Positions 40,859-51,604 are shown, counted from the stretch's first letter. The stretch is 64,000 bases of DNA from Candidatus Hodarchaeota archaeon (GCA_048886685.1 JBHLKM010000010.1:87946-151945), one strand, 5' to 3'. Translations and numbers: made by a program. Notes: generated from the letters alone by a model not told the origin.

Positions 40859-41356
40859 ATGTCAAATCAACTTAAAGAATTTAAATTTAAAAAACCTCCA
40901 AAAAGTATTACCTACATAGAAGGTGAACCTTTAAATTTAACGGAAAGATTCGATTTTTTTCATAATAAAACCAAATTGAGAAAAAACCTGACTCAACTTC
41001 AACACCTTTTTAAATCATACATAAAAAATCCTCTACTAGCATCAGGAATTAGAGATAGTTATTTAACAGAGGAATATACTGAAAAATATCTGATTGTATT
41101 ATTTACAACACCTGAAATCGTAAAAGAAGCTAATGAGATTCTAGCAACATATTCTGATATTGAAATTACTCAAGGTAATTATTTCCTTATAACAACCCAA
41201 GAATATATGTTACTTTTAACTAAAGACATTGAGGGCATAAATTCAGGTATTGAAATAATGGAAGAAATTCTAAATCAAGTTCTAGAAGATTATTTCGATA
41301 AAAAGAAATTCGAGGATTTTATTAAAATCCGTCAATTCAAATTATATAATCTTTAA
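40859..41356 (+). CDS. Hypothetical protein resembling GH20 domain 2 (non-catalytic)
   Basis: PPKSITYIEG...GNYFLITTQEYMLLLTKDIEGINSGIEIMEEIL...I.D-like end. Confidence 0.45.
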   Translation: MSNQLKEFKFKKPPKSITYIEGEPLNLTERFDFFHNKTKLRKNLTQLQHLFKSYIKNPLLASGIRDSYLTEEYTEKYLIVLFTTPEIVKEANEILATYSDIEITQGNYFLITTQEYMLLLTKDIEGINSGIEIMEEILNQVLEDYFDKKKFEDFIKIRQFKLYNL

Positions 41357-43083
41357 AAAATTGATCTAACAAATTTCCATGGTTTTTGCTTTTGAAGATT
41401 GTATGCTTTTTCTGCATATTCCATACACATTCTATGGGTATTAAAATAAGCTGCTAAAGAAATGGCGTTCTTTTGTCGAAAGATCCATTCATCATGGTTC
41501 ATGTAGGTTGGGATAATCTCGTTTTCTAAAGTCTCATAAAGCGTATTTGCATCAATATCCCAATCATTTGAAACACCAGGATCATCTGGATTTGAATCAT
41601 CAGGTCCTATAGCCCAACCTGCTAGATGATTCATTTTATATCCTTCCAACCACCATCCATCTTGGACACTAAAATTCGGCACTCCATTTAGAGCTGCTTT
41701 CATTCCACTTGTTCCACTTGCTTCACGATATCTATTAGGTGTATTCAGCCAGATATCAACTCCTGAAACAAGCATGTGAGAGAGATCCATATTATAATTT
41801 TCCATCATTACAACTTTTACTCCATAGTTCTCATACAAGTACTCACCAGCTTCATGAATTTTTTTGATATAATCTTTCCCCATTTGATCTTTAGGATGAG
41901 CCTTACCTGCAAAGATAAACTGTACACCATTTTTACAGATTTTGCCTAATCTATCAATATCATGGAATATTAATATTGCTCTTTTATAGGTGGCAAAACG
42001 CCTTGCGAATCCTATTGTAATTAATTCCTCATCTAGTAAATTCCATGAATGACCCTTTTGATATGATATTAAGTTAAATTTGTTCTCTATATGAGCATCA
42101 AAAACGTCTAAATCATCTAATTCGATGGCATTTTCCAATACCGAAGGATTTGCTCTCCAATTTGGCCATTTTCTTCCAAATAACTTCCGGAAGGGCTTAG
42201 AAACCCAAAAAGGTAAATGGATTCCATTTGTTATATAATCGATTTCATATTGTGGGAACATTTTTCTGGAGATATCCCCATGTTTTTTAGCTACACCATT
42301 TCTATATCTAGAAAGTGCCATTCCAAGAAAGGTCATATTAAATTCCCCATTATCGTCAGCAAGTTTCCTAATTTCAGGAGGCATTCGTTTTTCAAAGACT
42401 TTGTCCACTAAGCCTTGCGTGAAACGATCGTGCCCCGCAGGAACAGGAGTGTGAGTTGTAAATACTACCTTTTCCTTTACTTGTTCAATATCTTCTTTTA
42501 ACATGTCATATAATTCAACAATAGCAAAAGAACCATGACCCTCATTAAGATGATATGTTTGAATGTTATTGTAGCCTAAAGATTTTAAAAGTTTAACTCC
42601 ACCTATTCCTAATATCATTTCTTGCACAATTCTATTCCATCTTGAGGTAGAATCATAAAGAGAACCCGTCATGTTCTTCATCCAATCTTCATTTCCCTCT
42701 ACATCCGTAGTTAATAAATAAATAGGTAACACATGACCTGATTGACCAATGACATTATATTTCCATGCTGAAACTTTCACATCTTTATTCTCTATTTTCA
42801 TTGTAATTGGTTGTGGGACTTTCTCGAATTCATAGAAGAAATTCCATTCAATTTCTCTTTCTTTTTGATCTCCAAACTCATTAAAAAATTGATAAAAATA
42901 GCCAGAACTATAACATAAACAGATACCGACCATAGGGAGTTCTAGGTCTGCAGAGGATCTAACTGTATCCCCAGATAACACTCCCAGGCCACCACTATAT
43001 GTAGGTATATTACTATCGACACCTATCTCCATGGAGATATACGCTACAGTAGTATTATTTTTCAGATCTTCGTCAACTTCCAT
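41353..43083 (-). CDS. glgP: Alpha-glucan (glycogen) phosphorylase
   Basis: YSGGLGVLSGD, HLNEGH, TTHTPVPAGHD, ARRFATYKR, EASGTSGMKAALNG. Confidence 0.96.
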   Translation of the reverse strand: MEVDEDLKNNTTVAYISMEIGVDSNIPTYSGGLGVLSGDTVRSSADLELPMVGICLCYSSGYFYQFFNEFGDQKEREIEWNFFYEFEKVPQPITMKIENKDVKVSAWKYNVIGQSGHVLPIYLLTTDVEGNEDWMKNMTGSLYDSTSRWNRIVQEMILGIGGVKLLKSLGYNNIQTYHLNEGHGSFAIVELYDMLKEDIEQVKEKVVFTTHTPVPAGHDRFTQGLVDKVFEKRMPPEIRKLADDNGEFNMTFLGMALSRYRNGVAKKHGDISRKMFPQYEIDYITNGIHLPFWVSKPFRKLFGRKWPNWRANPSVLENAIELDDLDVFDAHIENKFNLISYQKGHSWNLLDEELITIGFARRFATYKRAILIFHDIDRLGKICKNGVQFIFAGKAHPKDQMGKDYIKKIHEAGEYLYENYGVKVVMMENYNMDLSHMLVSGVDIWLNTPNRYREASGTSGMKAALNGVPNFSVQDGWWLEGYKMNHLAGWAIGPDDSNPDDPGVSNDWDIDANTLYETLENEIIPTYMNHDEWIFRQKNAISLAAYFNTHRMCMEYAEKAYNLQKQKPWKFVRSIF

Positions 43084-43211
43084 TTTGTTTCACTAATCTG
43101 AAGTTATGAATTTGATTTCTTAATAACAATTAAGAATTTTATATATTATGTTTAAAAACCATGGTTTAAAATATTATCTTTATAAAAAATTAAAAGTGTT
43201 AAAAAAAGATT

Positions 43212-44096
43212 TCACTTCATTCTAGCGATTTCCTCATTAATCCTTCTCCTATTTTCTTCGAGATCCTCAATTCCTAATTTTTTTGCCATTTCTTCAAACT
43301 GTTCTGTATTTTGTCCCCACATTCTCCCCCCAATCAATCCACCATCAACAACTAGAGGATGTCCGCTGACAAAGGTGGAGTCATCACTCGCTAACCACAG
43401 AGCAGCTTTAGCTATATCTTCTGGAAGCCCTCCTCTTTTTATTGGTTGAAAATTAGAAAGAAAGATCTTCACAAGTTCTTTGAATCTTTCGGCTTTATCT
43501 TGATCAAATCCAAGACCTTTTCCAAAAATAGCAGTTGCAATTCCGCCAGGACATATGCAATTTACACGGATATTAAATTCTCCTAATTCCATAGCAACTG
43601 TACGAGTTAAGTGGATAATCGCTGCTTTAGCTGCACTATAAACATGTCCTCCCATTCCAGTTCGAAGACCTGCTACACTTGCCGTGCTGATTATACTTCC
43701 CGAACCTTGCTGCTTCATTATTGGAGTAGCATGTTTCATACCAAGAAAAACACTACGAAATTGGATTTCCACACTCACATCAAACCCATCTGTGGGGATT
43801 TCATCAATTGGGCCCCCAACACATGGAAAGCCTGCGTTATTGAACATACAATCAAGTCGTCCAAATTTATCAACTGCAAGATCAATAAGCGCTTTTATTT
43901 CAGATTCATTTCGAACGTCTGCATGAAGATATATGGCATTAGGACCAAGTTCTTCAGCAAGTGCCTCTCCTAATTCATCTTGGATATCCCCAAATACCAC
44001 TTGGGCACCTTCATGTACAAATAACCTTACAGAGGCATTTCCGATACCACTGGATCCCCCTGTAATAACAGCAACTTTTCCGTCAAGTCTACCCAT
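43212..44096 (-). CDS. Short-chain dehydrogenase/reductase
   Basis: TGGSSGIG, NNAG, YSAAK, PGGIAT. Confidence 0.94.
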   Translation of the reverse strand: MGRLDGKVAVITGGSSGIGNASVRLFVHEGAQVVFGDIQDELGEALAEELGPNAIYLHADVRNESEIKALIDLAVDKFGRLDCMFNNAGFPCVGGPIDEIPTDGFDVSVEIQFRSVFLGMKHATPIMKQQGSGSIISTASVAGLRTGMGGHVYSAAKAAIIHLTRTVAMELGEFNIRVNCICPGGIATAIFGKGLGFDQDKAERFKELVKIFLSNFQPIKRGGLPEDIAKAALWLASDDSTFVSGHPLVVDGGLIGGRMWGQNTEQFEEMAKKLGIEDLEENRRRINEEIARMK

Positions 44097-44152
44097 TTTT
44101 CATCATCTCACTTTATTTATTTTATTTTTAAATTAATTTTTTTCAAATATTC

Positions 44153-45085
44153 TCATCTATTCGCTCTTCCAGTTTGTTCAACGGTTTCAAGGAAGTCAAG
44201 AATTTCAGCTAAAGTACGTTTAGGATCTTCGATTGCAGTCATGTGGCCAAGACCAGGCATAACCACATGTCGAACGTCAGGAATCTCTTTTGCCATTATT
44301 TCACTTGGCTTAAAAAAGACTACGTCAAATTCACCAAGTAAGACAAGCGTAGGACACTTGATCTGTCTGAGTTCTTCAATCCTAGGATTAGGATCTGAAT
44401 AAAAACTTGTCATAAAGTATATTATTGCCCGACGATCTTGTCGCCTTAAAAATCCTTCGTAAATTTTCATCATTTTATCGCTTTCCGGATGTTCAGCCAT
44501 TTTGAACAAAAATGGTCCGGGTTCTTGCTTAATACCAGCCATCCTATCCTCAATTGAGATCTTCAAATCCATTTCTATCCATGCTTCTATCATTTTTTCT
44601 CTTTGTTCCTCACTTGCTTTCTGACGTAATTCAGCCAATTGTGCTTGTTGTGCTCTTGCTTTTTTTTCCTCTTCCGTAAATTCTCTGTAATCAGGAATAT
44701 CAACGAGAGTATTTGAACTTGTATCCGTCAACATAGCACTTAATAAACGATTTGATCTTTTCATTGCGTAACGAGCACCCACCATCCCTCCAGTAGCATG
44801 AGTTAATAAATGGAACTTATCAATGCCTAAGAAGTCAGCAAGGTCATCAAAATCTTGAGCCATGGTGTCAGCATCATAACCGTAAGGCTTTTCTTTTACG
44901 ACCGTACGACCATGTGCCCTCATATCAATTGAAATCACCCTATATTTTTTAGCTAATGCAGCAGTAACCCCTGTCTCGCTCCAATAAGTTCCATCTTCCA
45001 TTAGACCATGATTCGCGATGATAGGATCTCCTTTTCCAACATCTTCATAATACATTCGTAAACTTCCTTTTTCAAAATATGGCAT
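44153..45085 (-). CDS. Alpha/beta hydrolase-fold protein with Ala at the nucleophile position
   Basis: NHG, DMRAHGRT, THATGG in place of GxSxGG, GEFD, GHM. Confidence 0.85.
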   Translation of the reverse strand: MPYFEKGSLRMYYEDVGKGDPIIANHGLMEDGTYWSETGVTAALAKKYRVISIDMRAHGRTVVKEKPYGYDADTMAQDFDDLADFLGIDKFHLLTHATGGMVGARYAMKRSNRLLSAMLTDTSSNTLVDIPDYREFTEEEKKARAQQAQLAELRQKASEEQREKMIEAWIEMDLKISIEDRMAGIKQEPGPFLFKMAEHPESDKMMKIYEGFLRRQDRRAIIYFMTSFYSDPNPRIEELRQIKCPTLVLLGEFDVVFFKPSEIMAKEIPDVRHVVMPGLGHMTAIEDPKRTLAEILDFLETVEQTGRANR

Positions 45086-45262
45086 AATTAAATCATTAAA
45101 TTTATTTCTATATGATTAAATTATAAAGTAAGTATTCCAGTTTTATAGATTTCTATTGCTTTAAAGTCAAAAGATTAAAAAACTAGAGATCTGGATATGA
45201 AAAAATTAACAAATTAAGGAAATATGAATTTTGCTTAAAAAAGAAAAAAATAGATTTAGAAA

Positions 45263-45916
45263 TTATACTCTTAGCACTTTATCAGTTAATATTTCAACTT
45301 TTATGTTAGGATCTTTTTTATTCAGAAGTTCTTTAAATTTATTTAAATCCTTGTCCCAATTATGCATCGGTACTGCTATTTCAGGTTGAATATCTACTGC
45401 AGAATCGGTGGCTTCATCGAAATCCATGGTGTATGTACCTCCACATGGAATTAATGCAACTGTTATGTTTTTATCAGCTAATTCTTTCATTTCAGGAATT
45501 CTTTCGGTATCACCTGCATGGTAAACACTTTTACCCCCTGACCTTATGATTGTGCCTGCCCATCCACTTGATTTTGGATGATTTGGCTTTTTTATATTAT
45601 AGGAGGGTATAAGCTGAATTGAAAGATCTTTATAATCAAAAGTATCACCTAATTTAATTGCTTGACCATTAAATTCCTTTAGATTACTTGCTATGCTTTC
45701 TGGACCAAGTAAAATAGTATCATCCTTCATCAATTTTTTTATTGAATCACCATGAAAATGATCAAAATGACTATGACTACTGACAATTATATCTGCTTTT
45801 TCTTCCCCTTTTTTTAACTGATAAGGATCTAAATAAATCACCATTCCACTACCTGTTTTCACTCTAAATGCTGCGTGTCCTAACCATTCAATTTGAAATT
45901 GAAAATCTTCTCCCAT
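45263..45916 (-). CDS. Metallo-beta-lactamase fold hydrolase
   Basis: WLGHA, SHSHFDH, YHAGDT, PMH; SD GAGGTGA before ATG 45916. Confidence 0.9.
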   Translation of the reverse strand: MGEDFQFQIEWLGHAAFRVKTGSGMVIYLDPYQLKKGEEKADIIVSSHSHFDHFHGDSIKKLMKDDTILLGPESIASNLKEFNGQAIKLGDTFDYKDLSIQLIPSYNIKKPNHPKSSGWAGTIIRSGGKSVYHAGDTERIPEMKELADKNITVALIPCGGTYTMDFDEATDSAVDIQPEIAVPMHNWDKDLNKFKELLNKKDPNIKVEILTDKVLRV

Positions 45917-46041
45917 TTGATTCACCTCTTAAATAATTTGAAGACTAGATTATAATTTATTATTATGATTTAATCCTTTAAATTAATAACGTAAAAAGGA
46001 TAAAATGAGATGAAACCTATTATGATCTTATTGAACACATT

Positions 46042-46428
46042 CTAGTCTTCTTCTTCGAATTGCCATTCGGCGCTTTCGAGAGGTATTTTTTTGGAAATTC
46101 CGAAATTATCTTCTTTAGATATATCTAACTCTTGAAATTTGTCTTTTAATATTTTATTTTCAAAATTTGGGATTTCATTTATGAGAAAGGCTTTTGATAT
46201 TGGACTTACAGGTGGAGAGAGAGTATTTGATTTTTTAGCTATGATTTCTTTAGTTATTTTTTGATTTAATCGTTCATTTTTGTTAAAAAAGGGATTTCCA
46301 ATCATAATATTAGGCTTTTTCATTCTACTAAGAGTATTTTTTGGAAAAGTAGATTTTGCAGTTCGACACATTGGACAATTTATTTCATCTAAACCATGTA
46401 TGCAAGGCATTTTTTCTGTATCTCTCAT
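46042..46428 (-). CDS. Hypothetical protein with CxHx6CxxC motif
   Basis: CIHGLDEINCPMC. Confidence 0.55.
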   Translation of the reverse strand: MRDTEKMPCIHGLDEINCPMCRTAKSTFPKNTLSRMKKPNIMIGNPFFNKNERLNQKITKEIIAKKSNTLSPPVSPISKAFLINEIPNFENKILKDKFQELDISKEDNFGISKKIPLESAEWQFEEED

Positions 46429-46652
46429 TTATTCAATTTCTAAGTATTTCGAATTATTTGTATCTTTTATTTTTTTTTATTATAATTTCTTAGTAAAAAT
46501 ATATTTTAAAATCAGAGAATTAAATATAGAATAATTCTATTTTTATGGTTATTATTTATAAACTTTATAAATTTAAACCAATTTTACTTAATGTTTAAAG
46601 TACATTAATAATAAGTACTCTAATAAAAAAAGAAAGCTAAAGTGTAATCAGA

Positions 46653-48419
46653 ATGGCAGATTGGCAAGTAAATGAAGAAAAGGCTTGGTTCAAGAAATGG
46701 TGGCCTAAAGATACACCTAAAAATTATGATTTTGAAAAAATTTCTTTAGGAGATTTCTTTGAAAGACAGAGAAAGAAATACGCGAACGAAAGAATGATGT
46801 GGTTTATAGATTCATGGATGACGTATGAGGAAGCTGGTCAGGCAATAGATTCTTTAGCAACAGCACTTCATAATTTAGGTATAAAGAAAGGAGATGTGGT
46901 TGCATATTTAATGCCAAATAGTTTTCAATATGTTATATGCTTCTATGCAACTATAAAATTAGGAGCAATTGCGACAGGTATAAATCCAACTTATAAACCT
47001 TTAGAAGTATTACATCATCTTAAAATAACTGGTGCTACTGTATTAATAACTCTAGATGCGCTATACGAGGAATTAGCTCGTCCTGTTATTAAACAGTCAA
47101 AAATTGAGATGGTAATCTATACGAATATAGTAGATTTAGCCTCAGGTTTATCAAGCTTAAAAAAAGGCTTAGGAAAATTTTTAGGAAAAATACCAAAAGG
47201 GAAGGTAGATTTTCCTGGAGCGATTAAATTTTTGGATCTTCTTGAAACAGAACCAGATCTCCCAAAGGTAGATTTTGATCCTTTTGAGCATACAGCTACT
47301 TACATTATGACTGGAGGAACAACTGGAGTACCAAAAGCGACTGTATTGTCCCACTTTAATTTAGTTTCGAATGCAATTCAAGCAGTTTTATGGGTAGGTG
47401 GAGAAGATCCTGGCGTAGGAGATATTGGTGCTATACCCCTTTTCCATTCGTTTGCGATGACGGCGGTTATGAATGTTTCTATTGGTTTGGGAGGGTGGAT
47501 GATGTTATTTGTGAGACCCCCACAAACCGAAGAATTTCTGAAAGAAATTACACATATAGATGCTCCAAGAGGTCTTTTTTATGCAGGAGCAGAAATACTG
47601 TTCAAAAGAATCGCAGATTTTCCGAATCTTAAGAAATTTCCTAACTTAACTGGCAGATTAAGACTCTGTATCTCAGGAGCAGGACCTTTACATGCTCCAG
47701 TACAAAAATCATTTCAAGAAAATACTGGCGGAAGAATAGTAGAGGGATACGGACTTTCAGAAGCAAGTCCAATTGTAAGTGGTGGAAATTTATTTGGTGA
47801 AAGCCCTATTGGTGTAATTGGTATGCCGTTTCCTGGTACCGATTGGGGAATCTTTGATGTAGATGACTTTGAGAAAGGACCAATAGCAGATGGGTTACCA
47901 GGATCTAAATATGGGGAGAAAAATACAGGAGAATTGTGTGTTTGTGGTCCTCAAGTTATGAAGGGATATCTAAACCAACCTGACGAAACCGCAGAAACCT
48001 TAAAAATTTGGGATGGGAGAACTTGGCTACTTACAGGTGATATAGGGTTTATGAATGAGGATGGGACAGTAGCTCTTAGAGACAGAAAGAAACAATTGAT
48101 TAAAGTAGCAGGTCATTCGGTATTCCCAGCTGAAGTTGAAACTATGCTAATGAGTAATGAAGCCGTTTCGGAAGCTGCTGTAGCTGGGCTTCCTGATCCA
48201 AAAGGAAAAGTTGGTGAAATCACAAAAGCATGGGTTACTTTAAAACCTGAATATAAGGGCAAAATTACCGAAGAAGAATTAATTGCTTGGACTGAAAAGA
48301 ACATGACAAAGTGGAAATGCCCTGCTATCATTGAATTTATCGATGAGATTCCTAAAAATATAATGGGAAAAGTTCAGAGACGTGTTTTACAAGAAGCAGA
48401 TCCGTTATACAAGAAATAA
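46653..48419 (+). CDS. Long-chain fatty acid--CoA ligase
   Basis: MTGGTTGVPK, EGYGLSE, TGDIG, DRKK, PKNIMGKV. Confidence 0.93.
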   Translation: MADWQVNEEKAWFKKWWPKDTPKNYDFEKISLGDFFERQRKKYANERMMWFIDSWMTYEEAGQAIDSLATALHNLGIKKGDVVAYLMPNSFQYVICFYATIKLGAIATGINPTYKPLEVLHHLKITGATVLITLDALYEELARPVIKQSKIEMVIYTNIVDLASGLSSLKKGLGKFLGKIPKGKVDFPGAIKFLDLLETEPDLPKVDFDPFEHTATYIMTGGTTGVPKATVLSHFNLVSNAIQAVLWVGGEDPGVGDIGAIPLFHSFAMTAVMNVSIGLGGWMMLFVRPPQTEEFLKEITHIDAPRGLFYAGAEILFKRIADFPNLKKFPNLTGRLRLCISGAGPLHAPVQKSFQENTGGRIVEGYGLSEASPIVSGGNLFGESPIGVIGMPFPGTDWGIFDVDDFEKGPIADGLPGSKYGEKNTGELCVCGPQVMKGYLNQPDETAETLKIWDGRTWLLTGDIGFMNEDGTVALRDRKKQLIKVAGHSVFPAEVETMLMSNEAVSEAAVAGLPDPKGKVGEITKAWVTLKPEYKGKITEEELIAWTEKNMTKWKCPAIIEFIDEIPKNIMGKVQRRVLQEADPLYKK

Positions 48420-48564
48420 AATCATTTTTTTTTATCTTTTTTAGAAAATTTTAAATTTCCAGAATCTTGAATTAAAGTTATTAATTAAATTTTAATTTCT
48501 GTTTTAATTAAATTTCAATATCCTAAAGTAATAAATATCTTTATTGAATAATCAAAGTCTGGCT

Positions 48565-49707
48565 ATGACAAAAGGAATAATAATCTCTGGTGGTTGGGGA
48601 ACCCGTTTACGCCCATTAACGTGTACCATTCCTAAATCTCTAATTCCAGTAGTTAATAAACCAGTTATAGAGCGTCAAATACTTTTATTAAAAGCTGCTG
48701 GGGTGACTGATATTTTCTTAGCTGTAAGTGTAATGGCTGATATTTTACAAAACTACTTCGAGGATGGTCAAAAATTTGGAGTAAACATTCAATACACAGA
48801 TGAGAGAGTACCAATGGGAACCGCGGGTGCTATTAAGTTAGCTGAGGATTATTTAAAAGGTGAAAATTTTTTTATGTTAAATGGAGATGTCATATTGAAT
48901 TTTAATATGAGCCAGATGATTAATTTGCATGAAAAGAATAAAGGAATTGGAGTTATTGCTAGTAAAGTGGTAGAAGATCCATCGAGGTACGGGGTTTTAA
49001 TAGTAGATAATGATACGGGTAAAATTAATAAATTCCTTGAAAAAGATGAGTATCAACCTCCAGAAGGAAAGTATGTTCCGATGCCTATCAATGCTGGAGT
49101 TTATTTACTAGAACCTGATGTCTTCGAGTATATCGAACCTACTAAAAAGGTATCTATTGAGAGAGAGATTTTCCCTAAACTCGCAAAAGAAGGTAATTTG
49201 TATTTTTATCCAATATCTGGCATTTGGAAGGATATTGGAAAACCAGAAGAATTATTAGATGCGAATATACTACTGATGAAAGATATCTTACAGAATTCAA
49301 ATGATCAACAGAAGAACATTATAGATGGCAGCCTTGATATTGACGGAAAAGCTCTAATCTATCCTCCTGTAGTTATAGGAAAAAATGTAACAATACGAAA
49401 AAATTGTGAAATAGGGCCAAACGTTATAGTGGGCGATAATGTCTATATTGGAGTTAATACAAAAATTAAAGAATCATTAATTTACAACAAAGCCTATATA
49501 TCTAGGCAGGTAACAATTGAAAAGGCGATTGTATCTGATAATTGTGTAATCAATGATAAGGTTAACCTAAAAGGTAATAACCAAAATTTAGTGATATTAG
49601 CTTCTTATACTGAAGTTTTAGAAAAAGTTAACTTAATTGCACCTTCAAATGGTTCTATTACAGTTTGTCATCATGAAACCGTAAAAGATGATATTCGATT
49701 AAATTAG
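48565..49707 (+). CDS. NDP-sugar pyrophosphorylase (mannose-1-phosphate guanylyltransferase-like)
   Basis: GGWGTRLRPLT..PK, MGTAG, NGDV, INAGVY, WKDIG, hexapeptide tail. Confidence 0.9.
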   Translation: MTKGIIISGGWGTRLRPLTCTIPKSLIPVVNKPVIERQILLLKAAGVTDIFLAVSVMADILQNYFEDGQKFGVNIQYTDERVPMGTAGAIKLAEDYLKGENFFMLNGDVILNFNMSQMINLHEKNKGIGVIASKVVEDPSRYGVLIVDNDTGKINKFLEKDEYQPPEGKYVPMPINAGVYLLEPDVFEYIEPTKKVSIEREIFPKLAKEGNLYFYPISGIWKDIGKPEELLDANILLMKDILQNSNDQQKNIIDGSLDIDGKALIYPPVVIGKNVTIRKNCEIGPNVIVGDNVYIGVNTKIKESLIYNKAYISRQVTIEKAIVSDNCVINDKVNLKGNNQNLVILASYTEVLEKVNLIAPSNGSITVCHHETVKDDIRLN

Positions 49708-51077
49708 ATTTCTTCGCGAAGTCTCATTATTTTTTTCTTAAGCTTTTTTATTCTGGAATCTGAGACATTGAAAATTAAGAAACTTTCTAAGATCTTTAGG
49801 GCCTTTTGATAAAAATTAATACTATTCAGATAATCTCCATTCTTTTCAGCATTTTCTCCAGCTTCTAAAGCAAAATCTAATTCTAACTGCTTCTCTTTTT
49901 TTTCGAGATCTAATACTGATTGCGAAATTCTATTAATATCTTCTTTAATATTGAATTCTCTTGCTATATAAAGAGCCTTTTTATATTCTTTTTCTGCGAC
50001 CTGATATGCTAAAGTTTTTTCAGCATTTTTAGCTTTCTTTACAAATTCTTTTATCATCTTACTTGCCGATAAAATATCCATTTCATCTAAGTTGAGTTCG
50101 ATAGCATCAATTCCAGTATTACTTGAAAGAATGGATGATATTGGTTTAAATTTAGCTACTTTTTCAGAAATAGTCTCCTCGAGCATTTCAATATTACTAG
50201 CAACGGTTTCAAGATTTGTAGAAATAAAAATATTGTTTTTTACTAGCTGATAAATCTCATAAAGAATAATATTTGCATCCAAATTTACAATTTTTTTTAC
50301 TCGATTAAGCAGATTATTTATGAAGAAAAATTGTTTAGAAGCAAGAAGTTCTTTAGCTAAGGTTAGTATGGCTTTTTGGATTTGATTTTGATTTATTTTC
50401 TCTAAATCGTTTGGTGCAATACTATGTGCTAAAGACATAGGAAATACTAATTTAACATTAAAAGAATCTACCAAATATTCAATCATGTTTTCAACATTAA
50501 AAATCCCAGAATCTTTAAAATTACTGATTTCATTTTGAAAAATATCCTCGTATTCTAACAAAAATTGTCTTACATCAGTCCGCAGGTTATCTGAAGCTGT
50601 ATGGTCGAGTATTAGGCAAATCCTTATAAATTCTCCATTTTTGAGTAAGATATTAAAATTCTGATATTGAAATTCATAGAATTGATCATTTCTGAGATAA
50701 CTTGAACCATTAGATGAAACTGTGTCTGATTCAGAGAAGGTTATATTTGCTTGAATAAAACCACTTAATAAATCTGCATCAATTTCCGCACCTGAAACAG
50801 AATAGTTTAATAATTTCAAGCCTGATTCTTTATCCATTAATATAATGTGCCGAATATTCAAAACATCCAAAAATTTCCGCCAAATAATTTCCCGCTCCAC
50901 TTGAAGATGCCTTTCATATGAATCCAATTCAAAAACTTCCAAGCTTGAATCAACTTCAAATCCTAACTCCTTTAGTTTCTTTTTAAGACATGACATACAA
51001 TATTTAGGATATTTTGCACACTTAGATTTACTAACTCCGCAATTAAATCCTAATTGATTAATTTCAAAATAAACCAT
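49704..51077 (-). CDS. Multidomain protein: Cys-rich N-terminus, longin-like domain, winged-helix-like segment, TPR/MIT-like C-terminus
   Basis: IRHIILMDKESGLKLLNY...DADLLSGFIQANITF (longin-like); AEKNGDYLNSINFYQKALKILESF. Confidence 0.65.
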   Translation of the reverse strand: MVYFEINQLGFNCGVSKSKCAKYPKYCMSCLKKKLKELGFEVDSSLEVFELDSYERHLQVEREIIWRKFLDVLNIRHIILMDKESGLKLLNYSVSGAEIDADLLSGFIQANITFSESDTVSSNGSSYLRNDQFYEFQYQNFNILLKNGEFIRICLILDHTASDNLRTDVRQFLLEYEDIFQNEISNFKDSGIFNVENMIEYLVDSFNVKLVFPMSLAHSIAPNDLEKINQNQIQKAILTLAKELLASKQFFFINNLLNRVKKIVNLDANIILYEIYQLVKNNIFISTNLETVASNIEMLEETISEKVAKFKPISSILSSNTGIDAIELNLDEMDILSASKMIKEFVKKAKNAEKTLAYQVAEKEYKKALYIAREFNIKEDINRISQSVLDLEKKEKQLELDFALEAGENAEKNGDYLNSINFYQKALKILESFLIFNVSDSRIKKLKKKIMRLREEI

Positions 51078-51253
51078 AAAAACCCTATAGAACTTAAATA
51101 GTATTCAATTTCTACTTATTTCTATTATAATGAAATAAGAATGTTTTATGCATTTAAAATTGAGTATTTAAAACTTTAATTTTTTATAATAATGCGAAAT
51201 ATTTATTATTCAAATTCAGAAATTATAAAATGACAATAACTTGTGAGGATTAA

Positions 51254-51532
51254 ATGGAAGACCTTAAGGAAAAAGGGCTTAAAATATATAATGCTATTTT
51301 TGAAGGAAAAAAAACTGTTGAGATTGAAGAAATCGAATATCCAATAAAGAAATTTTCAAGCGGTATAAAATATGTTGACCTATTCGGATATCGTTATATA
51401 GAGCAAAATCGCAATAAAAAGTCAGAATGGGGCAAAAAAGCAAGAGAAGGACATAAGATCATGTGGATTATCAAAGGTAGAAGGTATATTGCCCAAATTA
51501 TAGATGGAGATTATAACGATCTAAAGAAGTAA
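51254..51532 (+). CDS. Conserved hypothetical small protein
   Basis: 92 aa, SD GAGG, globular composition (IEQNRNKKSEWGKKAREGHKIMW). Confidence 0.7.
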   Translation: MEDLKEKGLKIYNAIFEGKKTVEIEEIEYPIKKFSSGIKYVDLFGYRYIEQNRNKKSEWGKKAREGHKIMWIIKGRRYIAQIIDGDYNDLKK

Positions 51533-51604
51533 ATGTGTTTAGATTTATTAAGAAAATTCTATATAATTTTACAGAATAAAAATACATGTTTATTTATTAA
51601 ACAA

